Assembly: GCA_965223325.1 (NCBI GenBank) | Contig: CBDCWI010000002.1 | Span: 928,001 to 992,000, forward strand | Origin: Candidatus Multivoradales bacterium | Lineage (GTDB): Bacteria > Acidobacteriota > Thermoanaerobaculia > Multivoradales > Multivoraceae | Direction: 5' to 3' | DNA: 64,000 bases | In this document: piece by piece, positions 1 through 8,874 of the stretch | How the letters are laid out: every line of letters begins with the position of its first letter | How positions within the stretch are numbered: the first letter of the stretch is position 1 | Made by a program: the position numbers and the translations under genes | Notes under the pieces: generated by a model | What the model saw: the letters and a program-made list of their open reading frames with translations, nothing else | Told to the model about the DNA's origin: nothing | The model's database searches: none

Positions 1-1
1 G

Positions 2-1276
2 CCCGAATTGATCGAGCAACACTCGAGCGACAACGACGGCTTGTGGACGTCGATGTACGGCGCCGCGCAGTGCTTTGCCACCGCGGCTACCGGCGACCCG
101 AAAGCCGAGGAGCGTGCCCACCGAGCGTTCGAAGCCCTTCGTTTCCTTGGCACCGTGACCCAGGGGGGGTCCCATCCGGCACCGCCCGGCTTTGTCGCCC
201 GATCGATTCTGCCCACCAGCGGCCGCGACCCGAATCCCGGCCGCGTCGAAACCGATCGCCGCAAACGAGTCGAGGATCGTTTGTGGAAATCCATCACGCC
301 GCGCTGGCCGATTGACGAGAGCGGCAGGTGGTACTGGAAGACTGACACGTCATCCGACGAACTCGACGGCCACTACTTCTTCTACGCCCTCTACTACGAC
401 CTGGTGGCCAAGAGCGAAGCCGAGCGCGCCGCGGTGCGAGGCGTCGTCACCAGCATTACCGATCACCTCCTGGCCCACGACGGTTCGCTGGTCGATCACG
501 ACGGCAAACAGACCCGCTGGGCAGTGTTCGGACCCGATGACCTCAATCTCGACAAGAACTGGTGGGGAGAACGCGGCCTGAATTCGCTCTCCTTCCTGTC
601 GTACCTACGGGTGGCAGAGCACATGAGCGGTGACCCAGCCTACGGCGCAGCGGCCGAGGAACTGATGGAGAAACACGGCTACGCCGCCAACGCCCGCGTT
701 CCCAAGATCCACCTCGGCCCCGGCACCGGCAACCATTCCGACGACGAGATGGGCTTCATGTCGCTCTATGGGCTCCTGCGCTACGAGCGCGACCCCGAAC
801 TTCGCCAGCTGTGGGCACACACCCTCCACCGCTACTGGCTGCTCGAACAGCGCGAACGCAACCCGCTCTTCGACTTGATGTACGCCGCCTTGATCGAGGG
901 CGAGGTCTACGAAGACGCCTTCGAGCGCGGCACGCTCTTAAACCCCGAGCATGATCCGGTCGCCGCGGCGCTCGACTCGCTCGAGCGCTACCCCCTCGAC
1001 CGATTCGATTGGCCACTTCGGAACTCGCATCGTCTCGACATTCAGCCGCTCTACGACCTCGAACGAGGGGCCTGGAGCCCTCAACGCGGTTTTATGCGTG
1101 GAAGGCATGCCGAAGGCCGCGTGCTGCCGATCGACGAGCGCTTCGTAGGCCACTGGAACCATGACCCGTGGCGCCTCGACTACAACGGCTCGGGACGACG
1201 GCTGGCTGACGGTGCCTCGTTTCTCTTGCCCTACTACCTCGGCCTCTACCACCGGTTGATCGAGCCGACGCTCTGA
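2..1276 (+). CDS. Conserved hypothetical protein, possibly an (alpha/alpha)-barrel glycosidase-like enzyme (5' truncated by the window edge)
   Basis: Frame is open from the window start. Acidic motifs DNDGLWT, TSSDELDGH and NHSDDEM. First gene of an operon with a TIM-barrel isomerase and a sodium:solute symporter. Confidence 0.6.
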   Translation, partial: PELIEQHSSDNDGLWTSMYGAAQCFATAATGDPKAEERAHRAFEALRFLGTVTQGGSHPAPPGFVARSILPTSGRDPNPGRVETDRRKRVEDRLWKSITPRWPIDESGRWYWKTDTSSDELDGHYFFYALYYDLVAKSEAERAAVRGVVTSITDHLLAHDGSLVDHDGKQTRWAVFGPDDLNLDKNWWGERGLNSLSFLSYLRVAEHMSGDPAYGAAAEELMEKHGYAANARVPKIHLGPGTGNHSDDEMGFMSLYGLLRYERDPELRQLWAHTLHRYWLLEQRERNPLFDLMYAALIEGEVYEDAFERGTLLNPEHDPVAAALDSLERYPLDRFDWPLRNSHRLDIQPLYDLERGAWSPQRGFMRGRHAEGRVLPIDERFVGHWNHDPWRLDYNGSGRRLADGASFLLPYYLGLYHRLIEPTL

Positions 1277-1286
1277 CCACCCGCCC

Positions 1287-2129
1287 ATGAACAGCCGACA
1301 TCCACCGCCACCACGAACGGCGCTTCAGCTCTATAGCGTGCGCGACGCCTTCGAGGCGAATCCTGAGGCCACGCTGTCACGCATCGGTGCTCTGGGTTTC
1401 GAGGCCGTCGAGTGGTTTGGTGACCTGCGGGGAAGAAGCCCCGGGCAGTGGCGCGACACCTTGCGCGCCGCGGGTCTCGAGATGGTCGCGGCGCACGTCC
1501 CTTTCAAAACGCTGACCTCGGGTTCCGACCTTGGCCCGCTGCTCGACAGCTACCTGACGATGGGGTGTTCACACCTCGTGTGCCCATACCTCGACGAAGC
1601 CGAGCGCGCGCTCGGCTACAACGTGGTCGGCCGACGACTCGACCTGGCGGCGTACCAGCTGCAAAGTGCGGGGTTTCGGCTGTCGTACCACCACCACGAT
1701 TTCGAGTTCGCGAACAACCAGGACGGCCTCGCCACCATTCTCCAGCAGGCTTCGACCAGCAACCTGGGTGCCGAACTGGACGTCTTCTGGCTGGCCTGGG
1801 CAAACCAGGACATACAGGAGACCATCGAACGCATCTCGGGGCTCGCCGGCGGCATTCCTCTCGTCCATCTCAAAGATGGCGTCTTGTCCAAAGGGCGTTC
1901 CTTCGCCTATCCGGAGATGCCCTTCCGCGCCCTCGGCGAAGGCGAACTCAATCTCGACACGATCGTGGCGACCAGCTTCGAACGCGGCGCCGAAACGATG
2001 ATCGTCGAGCAGGACTTCTTCAGTGAGAACGACGACCCCCTGACCGTCGTCGGTCGTAGCCTTCGTTCCCTCGAGGCTCTGCCAGCCTTCGAGCGGTGGA
2101 ACCCTCCCAGCGAGGTTGAAACCACGTGA
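1287..2129 (+). CDS. Sugar phosphate isomerase/epimerase (xylose isomerase-like TIM barrel)
   Basis: Motifs LQLYSVRD, YHHHDFEF, ELDVFW, HLKDG and VEQD. Confidence 0.9.
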   Translation: MNSRHPPPPRTALQLYSVRDAFEANPEATLSRIGALGFEAVEWFGDLRGRSPGQWRDTLRAAGLEMVAAHVPFKTLTSGSDLGPLLDSYLTMGCSHLVCPYLDEAERALGYNVVGRRLDLAAYQLQSAGFRLSYHHHDFEFANNQDGLATILQQASTSNLGAELDVFWLAWANQDIQETIERISGLAGGIPLVHLKDGVLSKGRSFAYPEMPFRALGEGELNLDTIVATSFERGAETMIVEQDFFSENDDPLTVVGRSLRSLEALPAFERWNPPSEVETT

Positions 2130-3736
2130 CCGGCTCCGCCCTGGCCGGCATCGACCTGGCCATCGTCTTGTTCTACCTCGCCGGCACGCTGGCACTTGGC
2201 CTCCTGTTCAGCCGCTGGGTGAAGACCTCCGGCGACTTCTTCCTCGGTGGCCGCGCCCTTCCCTTCTGGGCGGTTGGCATGTCGATCGTCGTGTCCGACA
2301 TTGGCGCCACCGATTTCATCGCCGTCGCCGGCGGCACCTACTCCTATGGGCTGGCGCAGGCCAACTTCGACTGGCTGGGCTCGATGCCGGCACTCTTGAT
2401 CGCAGCGTTCCTGTTCGTGCCGTACTACTGGCGTGCCGGTGTCTTCACCGTGCCCGAATTTCTCGGGCGTCGTTTTGGCGGCTCGGTACAAACCTTTATG
2501 GCCGTGTGCTGGGGGCTGATCCTGGTGATGAACCTCGGGATCATGCTGCACGCCACCGCCATTCTCCTGCGCGGCGTGCTCGGCTGGCCGCCTGTGGTTT
2601 CGATCTGGGTGACCGCCCTGATCGTAGGCGTCTACGCCCTGGGAGGCGGCCTGACAGCCGTCGTTCTCACTGATGTTCTGCAGTTGGTGGTGATGTTCAT
2701 CGGCGGTGCCGCGCTGGTCGTGCGGGTGCTCTGGGAAGTCGGCGGCCCGGGTGCACTCCGCGAACAGGTGCTAGCGCGAGGGCCGGAGTTCGCCGACCAC
2801 TTCTCGCTCTACCTTCCGCACGACTCACCGACACCCTTTCCCTGGAGCGGCATCGTCCTGGGGCTCGGCATCGTGCTTTCGACCGCCTACTTCACCGGCA
2901 ACCAGGCCGTCGTGCAACGCGCTCTGGGTGCCCGCAGTGAGTGGGATGCGCGCGCCGGTGTCTTGTTGGCGGGCTTTCTCAAGCTCTTCATTCCGCTTCT
3001 GGTTGCCCTCCCCGGCCTGGCAGCGGTGGTTCTCCTGCCGGAGCTCCGTGTTGCCGACGAATCTGTGCCCACCCTGATTCGCGAGCTGCTTCCCGCTGGG
3101 CTGCGCGGATTGATGTTTGCCGCCTTCCTCGCCGCGCTCATGTCGAGCGTCGATTCGAGTCTCAACTCGGCGACCACGCTGTGGGTGCACGACATCCTGG
3201 TCAGGATCCGCCAGGCGCTTGGCTTCTCGACCAGCGAGCGCGCTCAATTGCGCATCGGCCGGGCGCTCGGGTTCGTTCTGCTGGTGGCCGCGGGTCTCTT
3301 GGTTCCCACCATTGAAGCGCGCTTTTCAAACATCTACAACGCCATTCAAAGTGTGTTCTCGCTCATTCAAGGCCCCAGTCTTGCCATTCTGCTCCTGGGG
3401 CTGGGCTGGCGACGGGCCAATAGCACCGGCGCCTTGTCTGGGCTGCTCACCGGGGTCTCGTTCTGCGTGGTGCTCAATACGCGCGCCATGGAAGGCCTGT
3501 TCACATCAGCCGAACCGTTCCTGTTCGTCGCCTGGTGGTCTTTCGTACTGACGCTCCTGGTCACCGTCGTCGTGAGTCTCCTGACGCCGCCGCCGCCGCC
3601 CGAGCGGCTCCACGGCCTCGTGTGGCGCGACGTCACCTCGAATGCAGAGATCCAGGCTGCGCTGCGTAGCCGCTTGCCCAGTCGCCTGGCCGCTCTGAAC
3701 GAACCCGCCCAGGACGGCGCCTCGCAGGGCACGTGA
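2126..3736 (+). CDS. Sodium:solute symporter family transporter
   Basis: Many TM helices; motifs DFFLGGR, GGLTAVVLTDVLQ, NQAVVQRALGA and AALMSSVDS. Confidence 0.95.
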   Translation: MTGSALAGIDLAIVLFYLAGTLALGLLFSRWVKTSGDFFLGGRALPFWAVGMSIVVSDIGATDFIAVAGGTYSYGLAQANFDWLGSMPALLIAAFLFVPYYWRAGVFTVPEFLGRRFGGSVQTFMAVCWGLILVMNLGIMLHATAILLRGVLGWPPVVSIWVTALIVGVYALGGGLTAVVLTDVLQLVVMFIGGAALVVRVLWEVGGPGALREQVLARGPEFADHFSLYLPHDSPTPFPWSGIVLGLGIVLSTAYFTGNQAVVQRALGARSEWDARAGVLLAGFLKLFIPLLVALPGLAAVVLLPELRVADESVPTLIRELLPAGLRGLMFAAFLAALMSSVDSSLNSATTLWVHDILVRIRQALGFSTSERAQLRIGRALGFVLLVAAGLLVPTIEARFSNIYNAIQSVFSLIQGPSLAILLLGLGWRRANSTGALSGLLTGVSFCVVLNTRAMEGLFTSAEPFLFVAWWSFVLTLLVTVVVSLLTPPPPPERLHGLVWRDVTSNAEIQAALRSRLPSRLAALNEPAQDGASQGT

Positions 3737-3984
3737 TGGAGGCTCTGCGCACCCTGCTCGAGGCTTTCTTCGGTCCCTTCGATCGAGCACTCCTGTCGCT
3801 TCCCCTCTGGGTCGCACGGTTCTCGGCGGTGCTCTTGTTGCTGGTGCCGGCGCTGTGGGTTGCACTCCGGTCTGAGCGCTCCGTCGTCATGCGTGGTGCG
3901 CCTGATGATTCTCGCTGGCGTGACTTGCGCCTCTGGGCCATCCTGGTCACCTTGCCCTACGTCCTGATCTACCTCCTTTTGTGA
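3736..3984 (+). CDS. Small membrane protein, possibly a symporter-associated subunit
   Basis: Two hydrophobic segments and a WRDLRLWA motif; start overlaps the symporter stop. Confidence 0.7.
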   Translation: MEALRTLLEAFFGPFDRALLSLPLWVARFSAVLLLLVPALWVALRSERSVVMRGAPDDSRWRDLRLWAILVTLPYVLIYLLL

Positions 3985-4037
3985 AACTCGTCTTTGTAGG
4001 CCGTCTAGGAGACAGAACCGCAAACCTGTGAGACCGC

Positions 4038-4253
4038 ATGAGCACCGAACAACGAAACCAGCACCAGGCACGTGACAAGACGACCCTGCACGCTTTGGCG
4101 GTCTTTCTGCTGGTCCTCGGTCTCCTGGTGGCGCTCGGTGGTTTGACGGCCGAGCTCCCCATCGACCGTTGGCTGGCGCTGGCTTCGGGGGGCACGCTCT
4201 CCGCCGTCGCCGGACTGTTCATCTGGTTCGGCGGCCGAAGACGGTTGTCATGA
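4038..4253 (+). CDS. Small two-TM membrane protein
   Basis: 71-aa ORF with two hydrophobic helices; its stop overlaps the next ATG. Confidence 0.65.
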   Translation: MSTEQRNQHQARDKTTLHALAVFLLVLGLLVALGGLTAELPIDRWLALASGGTLSAVAGLFIWFGGRRRLS

Positions 4254-4873
4254 GCGAGGCGCGGGCGTTCGGCTCGGCCATGACGCCGTTGGTCGATCGA
4301 TCATCGGCACTCGCCAGACTGGCCAGGCGCTCACCGGTGGAGCGACTGCTCGGCCGGCGAGGGCGCGATCCGGCAACAGGACGGTCTCACCTCGAACTCC
4401 TGTGGACGCCGCGCTACGTCGCACGCGTCTGTTTTGGCAGTGCGTCTCCACTCTCGCTCTCTGTGTGCGGGTTGATGGGCACCGCGGTTCGCCTCGCTCC
4501 CGAGGTGGAAGCCCTTGCGATGGACTCCAGCCCCCCCGCCGCGCCAACACTCGATGGTGAGGTTCTCGCAAGCGCCGTCGACCGGAACATCGCCGAACAG
4601 GCGGCGCGCCGCTTCGCGCTTCACACCCTGGCCGTCTTTCGCCGGCGCGACGATGAGGTCGCAGGAGTCGAGCTCTTTCCGCGCTTGTGGCCCTTGTGGC
4701 GTGAGATCGTCGAACGACGCAACGGAACCTGTGACCTCCGTCTGCTCGACGCCGTCACCGGTCAGCCGGCGGGAACCGCCGCCCGACATGCCGTCCTGCG
4801 CGCCTTTGCGCGGAACCTCCAAGAAGGTCCTCGGCTTCGAGGAGCCGACCGCACTATGATCCGCAGATCATGA
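4250..4873 (+). CDS. Hypothetical protein
   Basis: ATGA overlaps with both neighbours suggest translational coupling; no recognisable domain. Confidence 0.6.
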   Translation: MSEARAFGSAMTPLVDRSSALARLARRSPVERLLGRRGRDPATGRSHLELLWTPRYVARVCFGSASPLSLSVCGLMGTAVRLAPEVEALAMDSSPPAAPTLDGEVLASAVDRNIAEQAARRFALHTLAVFRRRDDEVAGVELFPRLWPLWREIVERRNGTCDLRLLDAVTGQPAGTAARHAVLRAFARNLQEGPRLRGADRTMIRRS

Positions 4874-5343
4874 CGCAGAAGAGAGAAAGCAGCCTCGAGA
4901 AGTTGCTGCATGGCACCTGGCCGGACCTCGGTCTCCTCATCCTGCGCCTGGCGATCGGCGCCAGCATGGCCTTCCTGCACGGATGGGGAAAGATCTCCGG
5001 TGGTCCCGCGCGCTGGGAACGCATTGGCCAGGCGATGGGCAACCTGGGGATCGACTTCGCGCCAGTCTTCTGGGGGTTCATGGCAGGTTTCGCCGAGTTC
5101 TTCTGTTCGCTGCTGTTGATGGTCGGCCTGGCGTTTCGGCCGGCGGCCTTCATGCTGGCGTTCACGATGTTCGTCGCCGGCCTGATGCACCTCAACATGC
5201 CGCCCGAAAACGACAACGCCGGCTTGCTCGGGGCCTCGCACGCCCTCGAGTTGATGGCGGTCTACATCGCCCTCTTCTTCATAGGTCCAGGTCGCTACAG
5301 CCTGAGCACCTGGTTACACAACAGAAGGTCCTCCGGGAGGTAA
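4870..5343 (+). CDS. DoxX family membrane protein
   Basis: Motifs LLILRLAIG, HGWGK, AEFFCSLLL and GPGRYSL. Confidence 0.9.
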   Translation: MTQKRESSLEKLLHGTWPDLGLLILRLAIGASMAFLHGWGKISGGPARWERIGQAMGNLGIDFAPVFWGFMAGFAEFFCSLLLMVGLAFRPAAFMLAFTMFVAGLMHLNMPPENDNAGLLGASHALELMAVYIALFFIGPGRYSLSTWLHNRRSSGR

Positions 5344-5351
5344 CCGAACCC

Positions 5352-5750
5352 ATGACTGTGACACGCGGAATCAAGCAGCTGGTCGCCGACGCCATGGAAC
5401 GAATCGAGACTCTCGATCCCGCTGCCGCTAGTGTTCTCCTGGAGTCTGGCGAGGCGATGGTTGTCGACCTACGCGACATCCGCGAGCTCGGTCGGGAAGG
5501 ACGCATCGTTGGCTCGGTGCACGCCCCGCGCGGCATGTTGGAGTTCTGGGTCGACCCCGACAGCCCGTACCACAAGCCGATCTTGGCAACCGAGAAGAAG
5601 CTGGTCCTGCACTGTGCGAGCGGCTGGCGCAGCGCACTCGCTGCCCAGACTCTCCTCGATATGGGGCTCGGTAATGTCGCCCACATTGGCGGCGGCTTCA
5701 AAGCCTGGCGCGAAGCCGGTCTGCCAACAGAAGAACTGCCACCCTCTTGA
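5352..5750 (+). CDS. Rhodanese-like domain protein
   Basis: Motifs VDLRDIRE, PRGMLEFWVDP, active-site loop HCASGWRS and GGFKAW. Confidence 0.9.
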   Translation: MTVTRGIKQLVADAMERIETLDPAAASVLLESGEAMVVDLRDIRELGREGRIVGSVHAPRGMLEFWVDPDSPYHKPILATEKKLVLHCASGWRSALAAQTLLDMGLGNVAHIGGGFKAWREAGLPTEELPPS

Positions 5751-7024
5751 GTGAGCTGGCGATTCTGGGCGGGTCGCCGGTCCGCACCGCGCCGTGGCCG
5801 CACTGGCCCGAACGCGGCGAACGCGAGGTGCAAGCGGTAGCTGCCGCGGTTGCGGACGGCGACTGGGGTGGCTTCCCGCTCCCGGGCCCCCACACCGAGC
5901 GCTTCACGAGTGCCTTCTGCAAGCGTTGTGACAGTCGCTTCGGACTGGCGGTCGCCAACGGATCGGTGTCACTCGAAATCGCGCTCATGGCGCTTGGCGT
6001 TCCGCCCGGCGCCGAAGTCATCGTGCCGGCCTACACGTTCGAAGCGACCGCCTCCGCCGTGCTCTTTGCCGGCTGCCGCCCCATCTTCGCCGACGTACTG
6101 GGAAGTAACGGTTGTCTCGACCCCGAGGCGCTCCAGAACGCGATCACCTCGAAGACCGAGGCGGTTGTTCCCGTCCACCTGGCGATGCAGATCGCAGACA
6201 TGGACAGGATCGGAGAGATCGCCCAGAAGCACGGCCTGGCCGTCCTCGAAGACTGCGCCCACGCCCACGGTGCGCGCTGGCGCGACAAGGGAGTGGGGTC
6301 ACTGGGCCATGCCGGATCGTTCAGTTTCCAGTCTTCGAAGCTGCTCACCGCTGGTGAGGGGGGCATCGTCACCACGGATGACGAGGGGGTCTACGACCGC
6401 TGCTACGCACTCGCCAACTGCGGCCGCACCCCGGGCGCCGAGCCGCTGGCCGAGCCCACACCCGGCCACAACTACCGCATGACCGAGATTCAAGCAGCGC
6501 TTCTCGGAGCGCAGTTGGAACGGCTCGACGAACAGTCTGGGCGAAGGCAGAAAAACGCCCAGCTTCTCGAAGAAGGCCTGCGTGAGGTCCCCGGTGTCAC
6601 CTTGATGCCCGATGACCCGCGCGTGACCGAGCGCGCCATCTACCAGTACGTCTTCCATTGGCAGCCCGAAGAAATGGAGCTGCCGCGCGACGTGCTGGTC
6701 GCCGCCTTGGCCGCCGAAGGTGTGCCCGCCGACGGCCGCTTCTACGAGGCAGTGCCCTACTCGCCCCTCTGGAGTGGCCAGCACCTGAGGCAACCGCAGC
6801 TGGCGTTTGACCAACCCCCGCGGGGCTCGTTTCCGGCCGCCGAGCGGCTGGCCTACGAGACCACCGTGTGGCTGCCCCACTGGCTCCTCCTGGGCGAGAG
6901 CGAAGACGTCGGGGACCTTCTCGCCGCGATCCACAAAGTCGTCGACCGTCGTTCGGAGCTCGCCGATCTCGACGCCTCGACGCTCGCTGGCCTCACCCAG
7001 GCCCGCGCCACCCGCCGCACCTGA
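5747..7024 (+). CDS. DegT/DnrJ/EryC1/StrS family PLP-dependent aminotransferase
   Basis: Motifs EDCAHAHG, SFSFQSSKLLTAGEGG (PLP Lys) and NYRMTEIQAA. The N-terminal LAILGGSPVR..WPHWP is typical of the inosose/AHBA-type subfamily. Confidence 0.93.
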   Translation: MSELAILGGSPVRTAPWPHWPERGEREVQAVAAAVADGDWGGFPLPGPHTERFTSAFCKRCDSRFGLAVANGSVSLEIALMALGVPPGAEVIVPAYTFEATASAVLFAGCRPIFADVLGSNGCLDPEALQNAITSKTEAVVPVHLAMQIADMDRIGEIAQKHGLAVLEDCAHAHGARWRDKGVGSLGHAGSFSFQSSKLLTAGEGGIVTTDDEGVYDRCYALANCGRTPGAEPLAEPTPGHNYRMTEIQAALLGAQLERLDEQSGRRQKNAQLLEEGLREVPGVTLMPDDPRVTERAIYQYVFHWQPEEMELPRDVLVAALAAEGVPADGRFYEAVPYSPLWSGQHLRQPQLAFDQPPRGSFPAAERLAYETTVWLPHWLLLGESEDVGDLLAAIHKVVDRRSELADLDASTLAGLTQARATRRT

Positions 7025-7032
7025 ACGCAGGA

Positions 7033-7050
7033 CCCGGGTCGCCACCCGGG
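7033..7050. terminator. GC-rich hairpin after the operon
   Basis: CCCGGGT-cgcc-ACCCGGG just after the stop codon; no U-tract. Confidence 0.3.
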
Positions 7051-7297
7051 CCCCCGCTCGGGGTCCCCGGGCCGACAGTGGGTGTCAGCTGGTTGGGCGG
7101 CGCCTGACGGTTTTCGGCAGTTCGGCCCAGCCCGCGGTGTGCGGAGGAGAGTCGGCTGGAGTTGGCTCGGGAATCGGCCCGACAGGCTTACCTTTGGTCC
7201 TACAAGGGGGAGTTTGTGCGCTTTACGGCGTCGGTCCAGGTCGCCTGGAGGCTGGAAGACGGTGATCTCTCCCAAGATTTACCAGATATCTTCAATT

Positions 7298-7313
7298 TGG
7301 TACTTAATTTGCA
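7298..7313 (+). promoter_or_regulatory. Putative sigma54 (-24/-12) promoter
   Basis: TGGTAC-TTAAT-TTGCA with exact GG-N10-GC spacing, about 45 bp upstream of the first pilin-like gene. Confidence 0.65.
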
Positions 7314-7356
7314 AATATGGCGTTTTGCGTATGTTTTGATGTTCCTAGGAGATCCG

Positions 7357-8025
7357 ATGTCCGGCCTGCGCACCCGCCTCAGCCCTCTTCGCCTCGCCCT
7401 GTTTGGAGTCGCACTTCTGGCTCTCAGCGTCACCGTTCTGCCGGCGATGACGGCAGCCAAGGATCGGATCGAGCTGCTGCAAGGTGCAGACCTGGTCTCG
7501 CGTCAGCTCATCGAGGCGCGCTACGAGGCACTCAACAGCGGTTTTCCGGTCATCGTGCGAATCGACACGCAACGCGGCGCCATGGAAGTCTTCTCCAATG
7601 TCGACGGGAGCCGGGACCTGCTTTTCCACCCCGACAACCCGGTCTCCCTCGAGCGCGATCAACTGCTCGCCCGCTACGAGCTGCCGGCCAACGCGACCTG
7701 GACCTATGGCGGCGTTGACCCCTCGAAATGGTATGAGCGCAGTGATCTCGGCAGCCTCGGAGACCCCCGTGACGACAGCTGGGCCGGCCACGTGGCTTCT
7801 GGTTTCAACCTCGACGGTGAGGGTCGGCGCGTAGCGGTCTTCGATCCGCTCGGCAAACTGCGCACCGAGGGATCGATTCGCCTGACCAGTGATGGCGTCA
7901 ACGTGCTCGAGATCCGAGTCTCACGCTACGGAGCGCTCGAGATCCACAAGCTCGAGGCCTTCGCGGAGTACCCGGCCCGCTTCGTCGCCGGCAACGACCC
8001 CTACCGCGCCTGGAACTGGCTCTAG
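7357..8025 (+). CDS. GspH/FimT-like pilin paralog with a degenerate prepilin motif
   Basis: RBS AGGAG. Aligns with the next gene: ADLVSRQLIEARYEA vs ADEVRFELVRARQEA, AVFDPLG vs AVFDSLG, NVLEI vs NVLEV, terminal WNW vs WEW. Confidence 0.7.
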   Translation: MSGLRTRLSPLRLALFGVALLALSVTVLPAMTAAKDRIELLQGADLVSRQLIEARYEALNSGFPVIVRIDTQRGAMEVFSNVDGSRDLLFHPDNPVSLERDQLLARYELPANATWTYGGVDPSKWYERSDLGSLGDPRDDSWAGHVASGFNLDGEGRRVAVFDPLGKLRTEGSIRLTSDGVNVLEIRVSRYGALEIHKLEAFAEYPARFVAGNDPYRAWNWL

Positions 8026-8162
8026 AAGCGCCGAGGTCCGGGCAAACTAGATATAGTTTTATATCAACTTTTTCTTGTATTTATAGTCGAATTCTGACAT
8101 CCTTCGGAGACCAGGCCCGACCTGGGTTCCTTTCCTCTTGAATGTCTGTTGAGAACACACCG

Positions 8163-8864
8163 ATGAAGAACCGCATCAAGAACCGGCACGAACAAGGTTT
8201 CAGTCTCATCGAGATGATCGTCGTCGGGGCAGTGCTCATCACCCTCGCGGTGCTCGCCTTCCCGTCGTTCAGCAAGATGAAAAAGAAGATCGATCTGGTC
8301 TCGTCTGCCGACGAAGTGCGCTTCGAGCTGGTGCGCGCACGCCAGGAAGCGATGAAGTCGTCGTTTGACGTGGTCGTTGAGCCGATTCCGAACAGCACCG
8401 AAATGGTCGCGTGGGTCAACGTCGACGACGACGCGGACTACGCCTACAACGCCAACAACGGCGATCGCGAGCTCTTCCGGTTCATCATCTCGAACGACCG
8501 CGGAGTCACCTTCAGTGGCCTGCCAGACCCTAACGGCACCGGCAACACTCCCCCGGCGATCATGGGCCAAGGTGGCAACGGTGGCAACGGTGGCAACGGC
8601 GGTACCGGCGGAAACAACACCGTCGATCCCTCGTCCGCGATCAGCGGCTTCGAGCTCGTCGGCGAAAAACGCCTCGCGGTTTTCGACAGCCTGGGTAGCG
8701 TCACCGAACCGGGTGCGATCCGACTCAACAACGGCAGCACCAATGTGCTCGAGGTTTTCGTCCAGCGCACCGGCAACACCACGATTCGTAAGTACAACCC
8801 CACCCTCAATGCCTTCGTAAAAGACGGCACAAACGCCAGCGGCCGCAGCCTCTGGGAATGGTAG
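8163..8864 (+). CDS. Prepilin-type N-terminal cleavage/methylation protein (GspH/FimT-like)
   Basis: Class III signal EQG|FSLIEMIVV; internal GGNGGNGGNGG low-complexity linker. Confidence 0.9.
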   Translation: MKNRIKNRHEQGFSLIEMIVVGAVLITLAVLAFPSFSKMKKKIDLVSSADEVRFELVRARQEAMKSSFDVVVEPIPNSTEMVAWVNVDDDADYAYNANNGDRELFRFIISNDRGVTFSGLPDPNGTGNTPPAIMGQGGNGGNGGNGGTGGNNTVDPSSAISGFELVGEKRLAVFDSLGSVTEPGAIRLNNGSTNVLEVFVQRTGNTTIRKYNPTLNAFVKDGTNASGRSLWEW

Positions 8865-8874
8865 ACCCCTTCGC

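Noticed and set aside
8036-8110. GGGCAAAC suggesting a c-di-GMP-I riboswitch before a pilin gene
   Set aside because: Lacks the GNRA-capped P2 stem and the downstream GACGCAAAGC conserved segment.
8570-8612. GGTGGCAAC tandem repeat
   Set aside because: In-frame 9-bp coding repeat (GGN linker); length changes would not shift the frame, so it is not a phase-variation switch.
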